Part shown: positions 51,901 to 61,800 of the stretch, one piece after another
How positions within the stretch are numbered: the stretch's first letter is position 1
Layout of the letters: each line of letters starts with the position of its first letter
Assembly (NCBI GenBank): GCA_000165345.1
Contig: CM000430.1
Location: 768,001-832,000, forward strand
Length of the DNA stretch: 64,000 nucleotides
Direction: 5' to 3'
Notes under the pieces: model-generated
Told to the model about the DNA's origin: nothing
The model's input: only the letters and a program-made list of their open reading frames with translations
Database searches by the model: none
Made by a program: the position numbers and the translations under genes

Positions 51901-54900
51901 TTGAAATTTATGAATCAGTATATACATTAGCAATTCGAAACTTTACCAGAGATACTGTTGTTTGTAGTAGTGTAATATTTATTTCTATGTTAGAATTACC
52001 AACAGAACTCTTATGTACTGATATAAGAGTTGCAAGATGTATATATCTTCACCAAATTCATAAGAAAGATGAAGGAGACATTAAATCTAAAGTAAATTAT
52101 GATACAAAAGAAATGGATATTCAAATAGATTCAAAGAATTCTGGAAAGATTAATGAAATTTGGAATTTATTTCTTAAATTTGGACCTCCTAAAATAAGCT
52201 CATATTTGGAAAACAATGATGATTACAATGATCAAGATATTCTTAAAGAGTTTCAAGATAACCAAAAGTACTCTAGTTCCTTATTTTCAGTATTAAAGAT
52301 GCTTGAAGAAGCAGCTTGGGCAACTGGTGATATCATAACAGGAGGTAATAATAATGAAGAAAACAATTCTGTTTCAGATCAAGACAATCAAAGTATTGAA
52401 AATGTTGATTTACTTCCACATACTCCCATTTGGCATCTAGTAGCAACTTTCTGTAGAATTCATGGATTACCAAGATCTTTGACTTTATTACATGAATTAG
52501 CTAGAAGAGGAGAATGGGTAGCATTTCTACAAGAATGTGATTCTCAGAAATGTCCATTAGAAACTGTTGGGAATATTATTAATGAGTACATGTCAGAGAA
52601 TCCTGTTTTAAAGTTACATTTAAAGATTGCATTAAAAATTAATGATGATAATGATAATCAAGTTAAAAGTAAGAGCGAATTCTTATATGAATCTAACAAA
52701 GAAAGTGACTATATTATTAGTTTAGTACAATGGGACAAGTTATTTTATTCCTTAAAATTGGATAATGTTGAATATAAGTTGGATGAAGAGAAGATTTCTG
52801 AGTTTTATGAATGGTCAGTTAAACAAGTTTTTAAAGAGATAATACAAGAAATGAGTGTTAATAGAGTTATACTATATTATTCACTTTTTGAAGAGCATTA
52901 TTTGGACTTGGTTGAGAAATTTCCAAAGATGAAGAATAAATTCAAAGAATTAATAAATTCTTCAATTAATTCTTATTTATTAATAGAATTAATTAACACT
53001 TTATGTTATATTTCTATTAATGATAATATTGAAAACCTTCAAGATCATGATATATGGAAGGAAATCTTTGACTTTGAAATAATTCAGGGATTTGAAAACA
53101 TTCAAGGCTCAAATAATGAAATAAAACATCTTAAAAAGTTAGTACAAGAGTTTATATTATCAATTTTTCAAGGAAATAAGTTTGTTCAAATTCCAAATTC
53201 TTGTCAAGATAGAAATCAAATAATTTCAGATCATGAGACAGATATCAATTCAGATACTGATGAAGAAGATTTCTTATTAGAAGATAAAAGTGATTTGTTA
53301 TTAAATAGATTTGTTGAAGAAACTAAGGATGTTATGTTGAAGATGAATGAATTAAAACTAATCATAAGTTTAGATTCTTTGGATATACTTTTTAGGATTA
53401 TTGTTGATAATAATTGTGATGATGATACAAATCAAGATAGTTCAAGTTTAAGTATGACTGGAAAAACTTCAAAACTTATAAACAAAGATGAGACAACCAT
53501 ATTACTTTGGAAATTACTTTCTAATTTAAATGAAAGTGGATTGTTATGTAGGGCTTCAACTCTATTTTATGGAAAAGACACTCAAATAACAATGATTTTC
53601 AATACTATTGAAGCTTTATATTCATATGATGTGGAAAAAGCAACAGAGAATTTGAATAAAGTCTTAATTTGTAATCAATTCGATTTAGAAAGGAATAGAC
53701 AAATTTTTGGATTTTTACCACGTAAGGATTTAGTGAAAAATTACTTTGAGCAAGAGTTTTTGGGATTATATGGTAAAATAACAGTAGAAGATCATAGAAT
53801 ATTATGGAAGATTTTAAGCGAGTTAAGTTTGGAAAACAGATATCCAAAAAATGAAACTCTTTTTTTTGATATAGAAAACCATGGATATAGAAGACATATT
53901 ATAGATATATTATATTTGAATCTGGATGATTATCAAGTCACTTTTGAACAATTTGAAAATTGGTTATGTGTACCTGAGAAGACTCTATTAAAAGATTTTT
54001 ATCACCAGCAAAAGTATGCATTACTTTTAAAATATTTGGAGGAGTCATCTTCTGCATCATGTAGAACATTATTGAATGATGAAGAAGTTTTTAATTGGTT
54101 AGAAGGTTCATTTTTGAGTGATATTGCAAATGAATTGGAGATATTTTCAACAAATATTAACTTTAAGTCATCATTACAGAGAATAGAATTCATTAAGAGT
54201 TATTTTTGGTCTGAATTGAAGAATTTATCTATTTCAATTCAAAAGATCTCTATGGAATTGACTCCTTTATTTTTACTTAAGATCTCAATTTTTTGTTGGT
54301 ATTTCTTTGAAAAACTGGAAAGATGGCTTTCAACTTTTGACCAAGTTATCTTAATTTCTATTTCTATTCATTTTATATTGGAGACTTTAGAAATTATGGA
54401 CTTAAGAAAATCAATAGATTTCAAACCTTTGAATAATATGGAAAATGATTATGGAAATGATAACATGGATAATAATGACTACGGGAATGGTATTAATACT
54501 ACTAGTGATCAAACCAGTTACGAATATAGAAAAGAAGTTGAAAATATAAAAAGCAGAATATTAGAATTTGTTCCAAAGTATTTTGATCAGAAGTATGTTC
54601 AAGAGTGTCTAAAATATGCAAGTTATAAGCTATTTATGTTGCTTTTATCTAATATTAATATTCAAGATTTAAGAAAAAGTAAAGTAAAAACAATATTACA
54701 AGGATTAAGTGAATTAATTTCTCAAATAGGAAAAAATAAATTAAAATTCACAGATTTTGAATTTGAATATAATTCACAATATTTTGATTTACTTGAAGAA
54801 ATTTTCCTCTCTAGTAGAGGAAATCCAGTAATATTTACTCCATCTGGATATTTTAATTTCAAGAATGTAACCATAGAAGTCCCCTTTAGTATACAAATCC

Positions 54901-57800
54901 CAAGTAAAATTTCATTGGTTGATCATCCTGTTGATTCAAAGAATGTTCACAATTCTGTTGAAAATATTGTTAATTACATGTTTGATATTGATTTAGCATT
55001 TAACATTGGCATGAGATTTATTCCTAATATGAAAAACAAACTGGAAGTTTCTAAACAAAGATTTTATCGAAAATTCAAAATATTTACTCAAAAACTTTAC
55101 AATAATAATGATACAAAGTCTATGGATTCATCAGGGAATTCAGATTCAAATAATAATACTGATATTTTAAATCTAGAAAATACTTCAACCTCTTCTTCAA
55201 TTAATTTAAGTAGAAGCTTGCAAGCTTGGGATTCAATTACAGATTATTTGATTGAAATGTACTATATCTCTTCAATATTTACAAGAGTTATTTTTATATG
55301 GTTATTTCAAAGTTTTGGTAAAAGTCAATTAAATGATTTAATACATAAAGAGCTTGAAAATAGTAAATCTTCAGAAATAAATAATTTTAATAAATTTCTG
55401 ATCAAGTCTATTAAATATACAGAATCATCTTCATCACCTTCTTCTTCTAAATCAAATCAAAAAGAAAGTGTTAATATTGTTTGGAGAAGTTTTATGTTGG
55501 CTTTTAGTGAAGCTGAAGAACTTTCTTTATCTAATGTTACATATAGAATGAAATTACAATCAATTTTGACATTATTTCAATTTACCAATCAAGTTGATCA
55601 TATTTCAAGATCTAAATACTCATATTATATAGAAAGTATAAGAGAAAAAGTTATTGGAATACTTGAAGATTCTGGTTTTTCAGAAAATTACTTAATTGAA
55701 GATCTTAATAACTTGGGAAATTTTGATGAATCGAATTTATTAAAGATTTCAATATTTATACTTAAAATATTTTCATCAAATGAGGTTATTCCTATTTTCA
55801 AGAAGATATTGGAATTATCTATTCTTTTTGAATATATTCATACAGAAAATGATAAAACTCATATAATTAAATTTAAAACAGTACAAAAATGTCTTAAAGT
55901 TATATTAATAAATAATACTTATATAGAAAAAAAACAATTGGATAATATGCTTATAGAATTAATTAAAGAAATTATTGAACAATTTCATAACAAGCCTTTT
56001 ATAACATCAATATTATATCAAATATGCCAGTTAATTATGAATCCTGATACAGTAATGGAAACTTTGACAGAAGATATTGAATTAAATCAAATTAATAATG
56101 AAGTTGGAATAGTAAAGATTAGAGAATCAATATATTTACATTTAACAAGATATTATTTAGTAATGATAGATTTTCATGAAGAAGGTATTTCAAAAGATGA
56201 TGAATATAGTCAAAGAATAATAAATGATACAATTTCTAAAATAGATCAATTATTAACACATCATTCTAAACAAGAATTTGATTTGGTATTATTCACAAAT
56301 ATATTATTAGAGATTCCAGAAATTCCTTCACTTGAAGAATTAACTTCAAATCAAATTAATCAAGTTTTAATGAATCTTGATTTTGATACTAATAATGGAA
56401 CTTTACAAAATTCAAGTTCTCGTATATTACCTAGCAATTGGATTAGAGTATTAATTTCACAGCGTGTTTTAAATATATATAAAAAAAGAGAATTACAAGA
56501 TAAAAGTAATATTATTTTTGGATTATATAACAAACCAAATATAAATTTGATTGAAACAAAATTGAATAATCCTGATTTATTAGCAGAGTTTCTTGTAAAG
56601 AAATGTCTTTCAAATCAGTGGAAAACTGGCATAGATTTCATGTATTCAAAGTATGGTCAATATGATCTAATGATTGCATTACAAACTTTGATTGAGTCAT
56701 GTGAATTATTAAAGTTTACAGATTATCAGCAAACTTTTAGAGTTTATCAGAACTTAGCAGGACTATTTTCTTTACAACTTTATTTTGCTAGTTCCTATTC
56801 AAGAGTTAAGAATATTGATTTAAATTCTAATTTGGATAACTGTAAAACAATCCAAAATTTTTCAAATAATGGGATAATTAATCAAGAAACTAAAAAAAGT
56901 GTTTATGATCGGCTTTCTTGTATAGTTAAAAAAGAGGAATTGAATCAGCTTTTTGGAGATTTGTGCGAAACTAATAAGAGTAATAATAATGATATGGTTG
57001 GAAAAGGAACTTTGACTCAAGAAGATAGATATAGATTTGAAACAGAAAAGATTCGACTTCTCAATTTAGATCTGGTTGAATTGTTTGAAGTTGTATCAGA
57101 TCCACAAATTTGCTATAATCCAGCTATGATTATAGTAATATTAAATGGGTACGAGTCTATTTATGGACCTATAGTACATTCAGTATGGCCAAGAATATTA
57201 TTCATTCAATCAATCATTATAGGTAGGTTTAAGTTCTTGGATGATTATAAACACGAATTTGGAGCTTTGAACGAAGAGATTTTATTATCTATGATTAGAT
57301 TGTATAACAATTCACTTAATGAAGATAATGATGATAACTTGGAAAAAATCAATGGAATGACTTTTTATGACTTTATCAAGTCTAATGATGATGGTAATAA
57401 TAGTAGTATATTTGAAAGTTCTGAAGAAACTTTAAGAGTTGAATTTGATAGTCAGGAATTGGCATTTTACCATGGCTACTCAGATCTTGATCAAGATCTT
57501 GACCAAGATGAAGAACAAGATCCAGAACAAGAAGATTGCCATAACCCTAATATTTACGATTTAGCATTAAGTTGGAATGAGAGAGGGACTAGAGAAAAAC
57601 TTTCAAAGATGAAGAATGAAGAAATTCTCTCAAATTGGACAAAATTAATTCAAAACTACATAGAAGATTTACAACTTAGAATTTCTGTATGTAAAATGGT
57701 AGATGAGGATGGACTTTCAAATGTAATCCTTTTAAACAAGAAGTTATATAATGACAAGTCACTTTACAAGTTTAATTTGACAAACAATATTGATTGCTAG
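45954..57800 (+). CDS. Orphan giant protein (about 3948 aa from the first ATG), predicted alpha-helical, no recognisable domain, with an internal EEK tandem repeat
   Basis: Uninterrupted 11.9-kb ORF. The ORF-track start at 45906 is TTG. The frame opens at 45900 after a TAA, and the first ATG is at 45954 (GCAATGAGA). The repeat EEKEEKEEKEEKEEKEEKEEKEEKEE is encoded by tandem GAGGAGAAAGAGGAAAAG units around 51120-51210. An acidic DQD repeat lies near the C-terminus (...DLDQDLDQDEEQDPEQED...). Confidence 0.6.
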   Translation: MRNCVEENGANGVQSLIKTFVKEDPSFVILQSIKSSNYLELTDGRLLVSHNPKLIANLTTKGQLSVFLDTSRGEIENIDTRQKDIVLKEIKLPFLKEKTESKTVISEAIWCKSIIREDHLREYEVAPTLVILEKTTEYIEKDVKCKYCSKYSGNQFLTIIQFSRIGNFEDGECEIIELNAKNNLENVINFNRPISIDFEVTNTHKPPISNQMRTIIRYSRIPIIDIFNTFSNKKAQFSESHKTCKSCFSFNNAQTFVDNSMESGFVIIMANLIVLSLDFIQGNSLILKRRFLIQDFRDPQIRFSGFTIQSGWLVSVSIDTLELLIWNYYQGIAFRMVKLSEDYFDFTVSNESRVDVFVTLSFGKDLSKLFLVFDGLNENASSHIKQVGMYIIDLNAIFSQIFCSNCILKYLIDTRKTSEMRISDPGTELKKKLQISSGSIPHVQLYEEYSSLTVYPEAFHFGKEHKALEKIMKCLSEESCQYLDSLDWAKSLNLKLDLTKYEFGWPLLFNKSWFYGDLFCNYKMNQIIITTIENIIARNSIGEDFIDNFEELSNNIYLKTISSHLKKVLEGIPEILFSKTISPKQSNKNCSEILGNQETDNHFQRKLISHKTSFIYSHLIPITIDEFPNHEEFQYEISFIDIIPSSDTVLIQFSIRDLPKKHLSFYISEESKNLFINQLSFECEYTTLIMGLTKVIDWHYFALKDVRREKSYLGLFSKTISLLGLIYSTVRYQDIDNLQKICEYNNVDPCIIPLIQLEIGFKHEELKLISLSLENTPMILNLEMVKLARNMLQDANLHLSLDFTRESSKLFLDFCLDKIKYYSENESTEISEEKNQQKCKVDEFLQEISYYLSEFRMYLNKTSELTTYVKVCDNIQKGDQNSEDELINETNKVADEDGSNHDNEILSKNEIFIRDQIIMGHYSSLIDWYLKSSKDKNPQVFRLKVLHDIYRLICTLSTNSLTLSIHMLRQIGENTTQYLKSILYYTSRREIRRRLINHLKHFGALNDDDIALIQFSNELESYYPNNCYSVERNRIWTSLFTYSIPYNVLSDCNLENEFKVNTDNELIIQESIEGGVSINDCFVSNENLDEYYFYGGIDQGSHVNNPIFSAMTYPFGGLQALKSGFKINQEYNLQYLEDCRRIKSVTSISAKKLSNNKDDGYRTENKENVEISNRDFFYSNFSTEAIATWEGLKCFEIEDYDLELNNDLYIQEGISKGQEVENDRISGKNMNTVISSIPEQEGNDFIRLNNGRLVSIKNSSCKQCLDLNEDEELEIEEELLNYENEFGQLLLSKNDSKESFSISSQKEHISSNSSIILSPSPISSSLEKIQLNTTNFGDHNSKRGDLTWLRLQRQRREMINNNFNNFGYLNHSLKFLSEWSFDVSIRVVIEKTHLQVCFVWNRLLRGFQTPPKRNEALVYSLLNLIIRKTTIQLSNNLDYEINLQVAKTITSSIYIAVFGFIFSHFEWKNIPASMNYLDNTLFLMFKYFNVEESYKYELLNEIIRLNFKYSPKFIVEVFLNSLDSSGIVPIHHLKADLLQEKINQIEIDRYNNVKYILDKCIRYGNYGIYLFRYYLMKSNEFTSKESLHTFLSVIENSRETNIKEENQQNQVDYTDYLNTIYVYLDRKQDIILLSLKQTFNSLKSSIDENIYLSLLNGCTENEFEVKKEEIDQFDLKKLDSPGFILNVLIRYFNNYYESVPGPDEREEEKREEKKEGEEKEEEENEEKEEKEEKEEKEEKEEKEEKEEKEEKEENEENETKEENKDKDIEQSEFKGKDKRIKITPYYILSILFSLDIPRKEIYNQEFYQFLRKFFPSLVKVFREAFLKEKVCIDQIQGDCFNKMNANDNKELNSDSSTSFNITQIIKMTDKNSDSLIKLMELYPELREKLKENPNNTDEFFEIFSENLKKVIEEEEKEEETEKSFEISEDKLSLPILHYISIGRPFFAFNLLCMRHAKFHNSLEYKQFKKEDLKFPELSMEEKIEIYESVYTLAIRNFTRDTVVCSSVIFISMLELPTELLCTDIRVARCIYLHQIHKKDEGDIKSKVNYDTKEMDIQIDSKNSGKINEIWNLFLKFGPPKISSYLENNDDYNDQDILKEFQDNQKYSSSLFSVLKMLEEAAWATGDIITGGNNNEENNSVSDQDNQSIENVDLLPHTPIWHLVATFCRIHGLPRSLTLLHELARRGEWVAFLQECDSQKCPLETVGNIINEYMSENPVLKLHLKIALKINDDNDNQVKSKSEFLYESNKESDYIISLVQWDKLFYSLKLDNVEYKLDEEKISEFYEWSVKQVFKEIIQEMSVNRVILYYSLFEEHYLDLVEKFPKMKNKFKELINSSINSYLLIELINTLCYISINDNIENLQDHDIWKEIFDFEIIQGFENIQGSNNEIKHLKKLVQEFILSIFQGNKFVQIPNSCQDRNQIISDHETDINSDTDEEDFLLEDKSDLLLNRFVEETKDVMLKMNELKLIISLDSLDILFRIIVDNNCDDDTNQDSSSLSMTGKTSKLINKDETTILLWKLLSNLNESGLLCRASTLFYGKDTQITMIFNTIEALYSYDVEKATENLNKVLICNQFDLERNRQIFGFLPRKDLVKNYFEQEFLGLYGKITVEDHRILWKILSELSLENRYPKNETLFFDIENHGYRRHIIDILYLNLDDYQVTFEQFENWLCVPEKTLLKDFYHQQKYALLLKYLEESSSASCRTLLNDEEVFNWLEGSFLSDIANELEIFSTNINFKSSLQRIEFIKSYFWSELKNLSISIQKISMELTPLFLLKISIFCWYFFEKLERWLSTFDQVILISISIHFILETLEIMDLRKSIDFKPLNNMENDYGNDNMDNNDYGNGINTTSDQTSYEYRKEVENIKSRILEFVPKYFDQKYVQECLKYASYKLFMLLLSNINIQDLRKSKVKTILQGLSELISQIGKNKLKFTDFEFEYNSQYFDLLEEIFLSSRGNPVIFTPSGYFNFKNVTIEVPFSIQIPSKISLVDHPVDSKNVHNSVENIVNYMFDIDLAFNIGMRFIPNMKNKLEVSKQRFYRKFKIFTQKLYNNNDTKSMDSSGNSDSNNNTDILNLENTSTSSSINLSRSLQAWDSITDYLIEMYYISSIFTRVIFIWLFQSFGKSQLNDLIHKELENSKSSEINNFNKFLIKSIKYTESSSSPSSSKSNQKESVNIVWRSFMLAFSEAEELSLSNVTYRMKLQSILTLFQFTNQVDHISRSKYSYYIESIREKVIGILEDSGFSENYLIEDLNNLGNFDESNLLKISIFILKIFSSNEVIPIFKKILELSILFEYIHTENDKTHIIKFKTVQKCLKVILINNTYIEKKQLDNMLIELIKEIIEQFHNKPFITSILYQICQLIMNPDTVMETLTEDIELNQINNEVGIVKIRESIYLHLTRYYLVMIDFHEEGISKDDEYSQRIINDTISKIDQLLTHHSKQEFDLVLFTNILLEIPEIPSLEELTSNQINQVLMNLDFDTNNGTLQNSSSRILPSNWIRVLISQRVLNIYKKRELQDKSNIIFGLYNKPNINLIETKLNNPDLLAEFLVKKCLSNQWKTGIDFMYSKYGQYDLMIALQTLIESCELLKFTDYQQTFRVYQNLAGLFSLQLYFASSYSRVKNIDLNSNLDNCKTIQNFSNNGIINQETKKSVYDRLSCIVKKEELNQLFGDLCETNKSNNNDMVGKGTLTQEDRYRFETEKIRLLNLDLVELFEVVSDPQICYNPAMIIVILNGYESIYGPIVHSVWPRILFIQSIIIGRFKFLDDYKHEFGALNEEILLSMIRLYNNSLNEDNDDNLEKINGMTFYDFIKSNDDGNNSSIFESSEETLRVEFDSQELAFYHGYSDLDQDLDQDEEQDPEQEDCHNPNIYDLALSWNERGTREKLSKMKNEEILSNWTKLIQNYIEDLQLRISVCKMVDEDGLSNVILLNKKLYNDKSLYKFNLTNNIDC
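51058..51250 (+). repeat. Purine-rich coding tandem repeat with an 18-nt unit, GAGGAGAAAGAGGAAAAG (about 5 copies plus degenerate flanks), encoding (EEK)n
   Basis: Periodicity is visible directly in the sequence at 51121-51210. It causes the spurious antisense and alternate-frame ORFs 51015..51263, 51038..51295 and 51040..51300. Confidence 0.8.
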
Positions 57801-57895
57801 TTCTAATTAACTAAAAAGACTTAATTTACAATAAAATCTATGGATCAAATCAAGAAGAAATATCAAAAGATACTTCATTACTTCTATAACAAAAA

Positions 57896-58350
57896 TTACC
57901 AAAAATGAAGCATTCCAAGACTAAGTACATTACCAATTAGTCCAAGAGATGCAAGAGCTAGAAATATATCATAATTTGTTAAATACTAAGATATTATTGG
58001 TGAATATTAATGAATCATAATCATTTTATATTTAACATTGACCAAACTTACATATAGTATTATAGAAACAAAAAATAATAATGTACTATAACTCAATATA
58101 TCCACATATTTTACATATACAGGCTTATTTTTACTCGCGATTGGACAATATTTATCCAATATTGCTTCATCATCAGACCCACAACTATCTGAATCAGTAA
58201 CATCTGAAAAAAATGCATATAAATTTATTAATTAAATAAATAATATATCTTGTTCTATTCTCACTATATAATTCCTTTCTCATTTTAATTTATATTATAT
58301 TACTTACCTGAAACTTCTATTTCTGTGTATCTTATCCTTCTTTTAATCAT
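57896..58350 (-). CDS. Small (94 aa) membrane protein with two predicted C-terminal transmembrane helices, encoded by 3 exons. Absent from the ORF track
   Basis: Exons in plus coordinates on the minus strand:
- 58350..58308, ATG ATT AAA AGA AGG ATA AGA TAC ACA GAA ATA GAA GTT TCA G, in phase 1.
- 58203..58052.
- 57985..57896, ending in TAA.

Intron 1 spans 58204..58307. It is GTAAGT...TTTTTTTCAG, 104 nt. Intron 2 spans 57986..58051. It is GTAAGT...ATATCTTAG, 66 nt. Phases are consistent, and total CDS is 285 nt, or 95 codons.

Product: MIKRRIRYTEIEVSDVTDSDSCGSDDEAILDKYCPIASKNKPVYVKYVDILSYSTLLFFVSIILYYLTNYDIFLALASLGLIGNVLSLGMLHFW. The ATG is the first in-frame codon after a TAA. The upstream region carries TGCATGCATGCA at 58441-58452 and TTGCATGCGTTTTGGCGGGAAATCG at 58670-58694. 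Confidence 0.6.
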
Positions 58351-58888
58351 TTTGGCTTATTTTCACTTTAATTATTAATTTTGACAATTTTCAAAAAAAA
58401 AAGTTTTCCTTTTGCTTCTTTTTTTCCCTAAATTCTTAAATGCATGCATGCATTTTTTATTCTAATTAACGAAATAAAGGGGGGAGGTGTAACAGTGATG
58501 GCGGTGCTGGTTAAAATGCTCCTTTCAAATCCTTTAACTGATTTTCTTTTTAAAATAAAAAGTAACCCTTTAATTGTTAATATAACTTAAAAAATCTATT
58601 TTATTACTTACAAATCTTGCATTTAATTGAATATTTCACTCTAATATATATTTATCGTCCACATTAAAATTGCATGCGTTTTGGCGGGAAATCGTGGAAA
58701 TGCATTATTTATATTAATAGGATTAAAATTAAAATAAACTAATTGTTTTGGTTAGTATTTATTTCCTATGTTATTAAAGAAGATTTGAGCTAGATTAAAA
58801 AAACTTGAATTGAAAAATAAACAAAAGATACAATAATAAAAGTTAAATAACAATGCGAATTATATCAACAAAATGCATTGATAGTTTA

Positions 58889-61800
58889 TCAATTGTTAAT
58901 TACAATAGCTTCAGGAGTATTTGGAAGGGAGTCCATATAGTTAGTAGAAAGAGGAAAATCGTTGTCTGAATCATTAATTTCCTTGGAGTTATCCTTGGAT
59001 TCTTCCTCAAGCTTAATATTAGAATTGTTTTCTTGGATTTTACGATTAGAGGTATTACCCTTATTTTTTTGAGCCTTTGAATTTGACTTTCCTTTCTTCT
59101 TTACAGGTTGTAAAGTAGTGGCATTCTTTTGGTTCTTCTTACTTTTACTACTAGGATTACTATATAGGTAATCATCTTCATAATCGTCATTTTGGACACC
59201 ACTATCATCCTCCCCACCTTCTTCATCTTCCTTATCCTCCTCATTTTCATTTTCGTCTTCATCCTCATCCTCGTCCTCATCCTCATCCTCCCATTTCTGA
59301 CTACGAAGTTTACGCCCTTTAGTAACAGTATCTCTTCTTAAAACTCTTCTTGTCACACTGGAACAGTTGTCAAAGTCTTCAGCTTCTTCATCATCGCTAA
59401 AAGAAATGATCTTTCTCCTTTTTGACAAACTCTTATTATCTGAAGAAGATCCGTTCAAGTCAGGAGGAGGTGAATTTGAGGAATTAGAAGAAAAGTAAGC
59501 TGACGATTTTCGTCTCTCTTGTCTATCTTGTCTCTTAAAGGTTGAAATATTTCTCAAAGAGCCTCTTTTACCTCTCAATGATGATAATGAAAAAAGAGAG
59601 TTATTACCTTTTCCAATAAATTCTGAATTACTTTCGTTTGATAAAGAAGGAAGAGATCTCCTTCTCTTATTTGTCTCTTTTAGTAACTCTTTTGAAATAT
59701 CAGTAATTTCTCCTGCCTCGTATTTTTCCATTACTCTTAAAAAAGCTCTCTCACTAAGTCCTTCCACACATAGATAATCCTTATTTGATTTCCATCTTGA
59801 TTTTCTCTCTGATCTGTCCAAATCACGAATTTCATTCAAATTATTATCTTCAATACCTAATTCAGCATTCACCTCATTTGGTGGTCTTACAATCCAATCT
59901 GGAACTTCTTGCATCTTTATCATTCTTCCAGATTTCTCCAAACATTCAAGGTAAATCTTACTATCTTCCAATGTTAAAACTTCTTGAGATTTTGAATTCT
60001 CATTCTTTGATTCTCCTAAAACTTCTTCTTGAGATTCTTGTTCTTCCATTTGAATGCTTTTCTGTCTTCTTCCTGGTTTTTTTGGTCTCAAAGGAGATTT
60101 TGAAATATTCTGACCATACTTTAGTAAATTTGAATCAGTATCTTCATTATCCTTTTCTATTTCTTTAATATTCTTATTATTTGTTAATGATTTCTTTGTT
60201 ATATTCTTACTCCAATCCTGAATCTTTTGATATATATTCTTACCAAATGTTTTCTTATCCATCTCTTCAAAAGCCTTCAGTTCTTCATCATTTCTAGCCA
60301 AAAATTGGTTAATCTCTGATGGTGTTGTTACTCTTGAATCACTCTTATACTCCTCCTTACCAAATAACTCTTTAAGCCTATCCTCCCTCTCTTCCTCTTC
60401 AACTTGAGTTGAGTTAAACATTCCTGCTTGAATAATTTTATGATCAATCTCCAATTTCTTCTGAGCACGCTTTAAAACTAACTCTTCTACTCCTGAAATT
60501 GAAACAAAACGTAATACTCGAACTTCATTCTTTTGACCCATTCTATGAGCTCTACTTTGAGCCTGAAGATCTTGATGAGGATTCCAATCTGAGTCAAAAA
60601 TTATTACAGTATCAGCAGCTTGAAGATTTAAACCTAATCCTCCAGCTCTTGTTGATAAAACAAAAACAAACTTCTCAGAATCTGGAGAATTAAATTCATC
60701 CATTTTCTCCTTTCTTTCTTGTATTGTCATTGTTCCATCCAATCTATGATGTTCGATACCTCTATAATCTAAAAAGTCACCCAAAATATCCATTAACTGT
60801 GTCATTTGACAAAAAATTAGTACTTTATGACGAAAACGAATCAATTTTGGAAGCATTCTATCCAAAACTTCAAATTTACAACTCACTCTAAAGATATCAT
60901 CATCCTCTATTAAATACTCCTCCACAAATAGATATGGATGATTAACTATCTTTCTAAGCTGCATTATTGTATTACTAACTGATCTATATTGAATCTTCCC
61001 ACTTGAAAGATCCATAGAATGTACTGCTTTTTGTTTGATTTGATCATAAACAATCTTTTGCCAAGGAGTAAGCTCCATTCTAACAATATATTCCTTCTTT
61101 TCTGGTAGATCTTGTAATACATCTGACTTTACTCTTCTTAATAGAAATGGTCTCAAAATTGAATGTAATCTACTTATTACAAATAATCTCTCCTCTTCTG
61201 AAAGTTCTAAACTAGCTTCATTTGATGGAAGATCACTAAATGGTTTACTAAACCAAACTTGAAAATCTTCAACAGAATGAAAAACTTGTGGTAATAAGAA
61301 ATTAAGTAAAGACCATAATTCTGTAATACTATTCTGAAGTGGGGTACCGGTTAATAATAATCTATTTTCTGATTTAAAATCTGCTAATACTACATGAAAT
61401 TTGCTCTTTGAATTCTTTAAACGATGACCTTCATCTACTATAATATGTTTCCATTGCATTGATTGTAAAGCTCCACTTTCTCTGATAATGAAGTCAAATG
61501 TAGTCAAACATACATTAAATTTAGTTTGTCTCATTTCATAAATAAGTGATCTTCTTTCATATCTACTTCCTTTAAAACAAAGTATTTTCAATTCTGGACT
61601 CCAGATCTCAAACTCTTTTTGCCAATTTGGTAAAGTAGATAATGGTACAACAACAAGATGAGGACCTTGATTATCTTTATGTTCATATAAATATGTCAAT
61701 AATGCAATAGTTTGAACAGTCTTTCCAAGTCCCATTTCATCAGCTAGAATACCGTGTAATTTGTTATTATAAAGACTTAACATCCATTCAACTCCAATGA

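Noticed and set aside
58112-58203. 31-aa unspliced ORF MLLIQIVVGLMMKQYWINIVQSRVKISLYM starting at the ATG just after the exon-2 acceptor
   Set aside because: An alternative reading of the same DNA. The 3-exon model, in a different frame, yields a longer product with canonical splice sites on both sides and two clean transmembrane segments.
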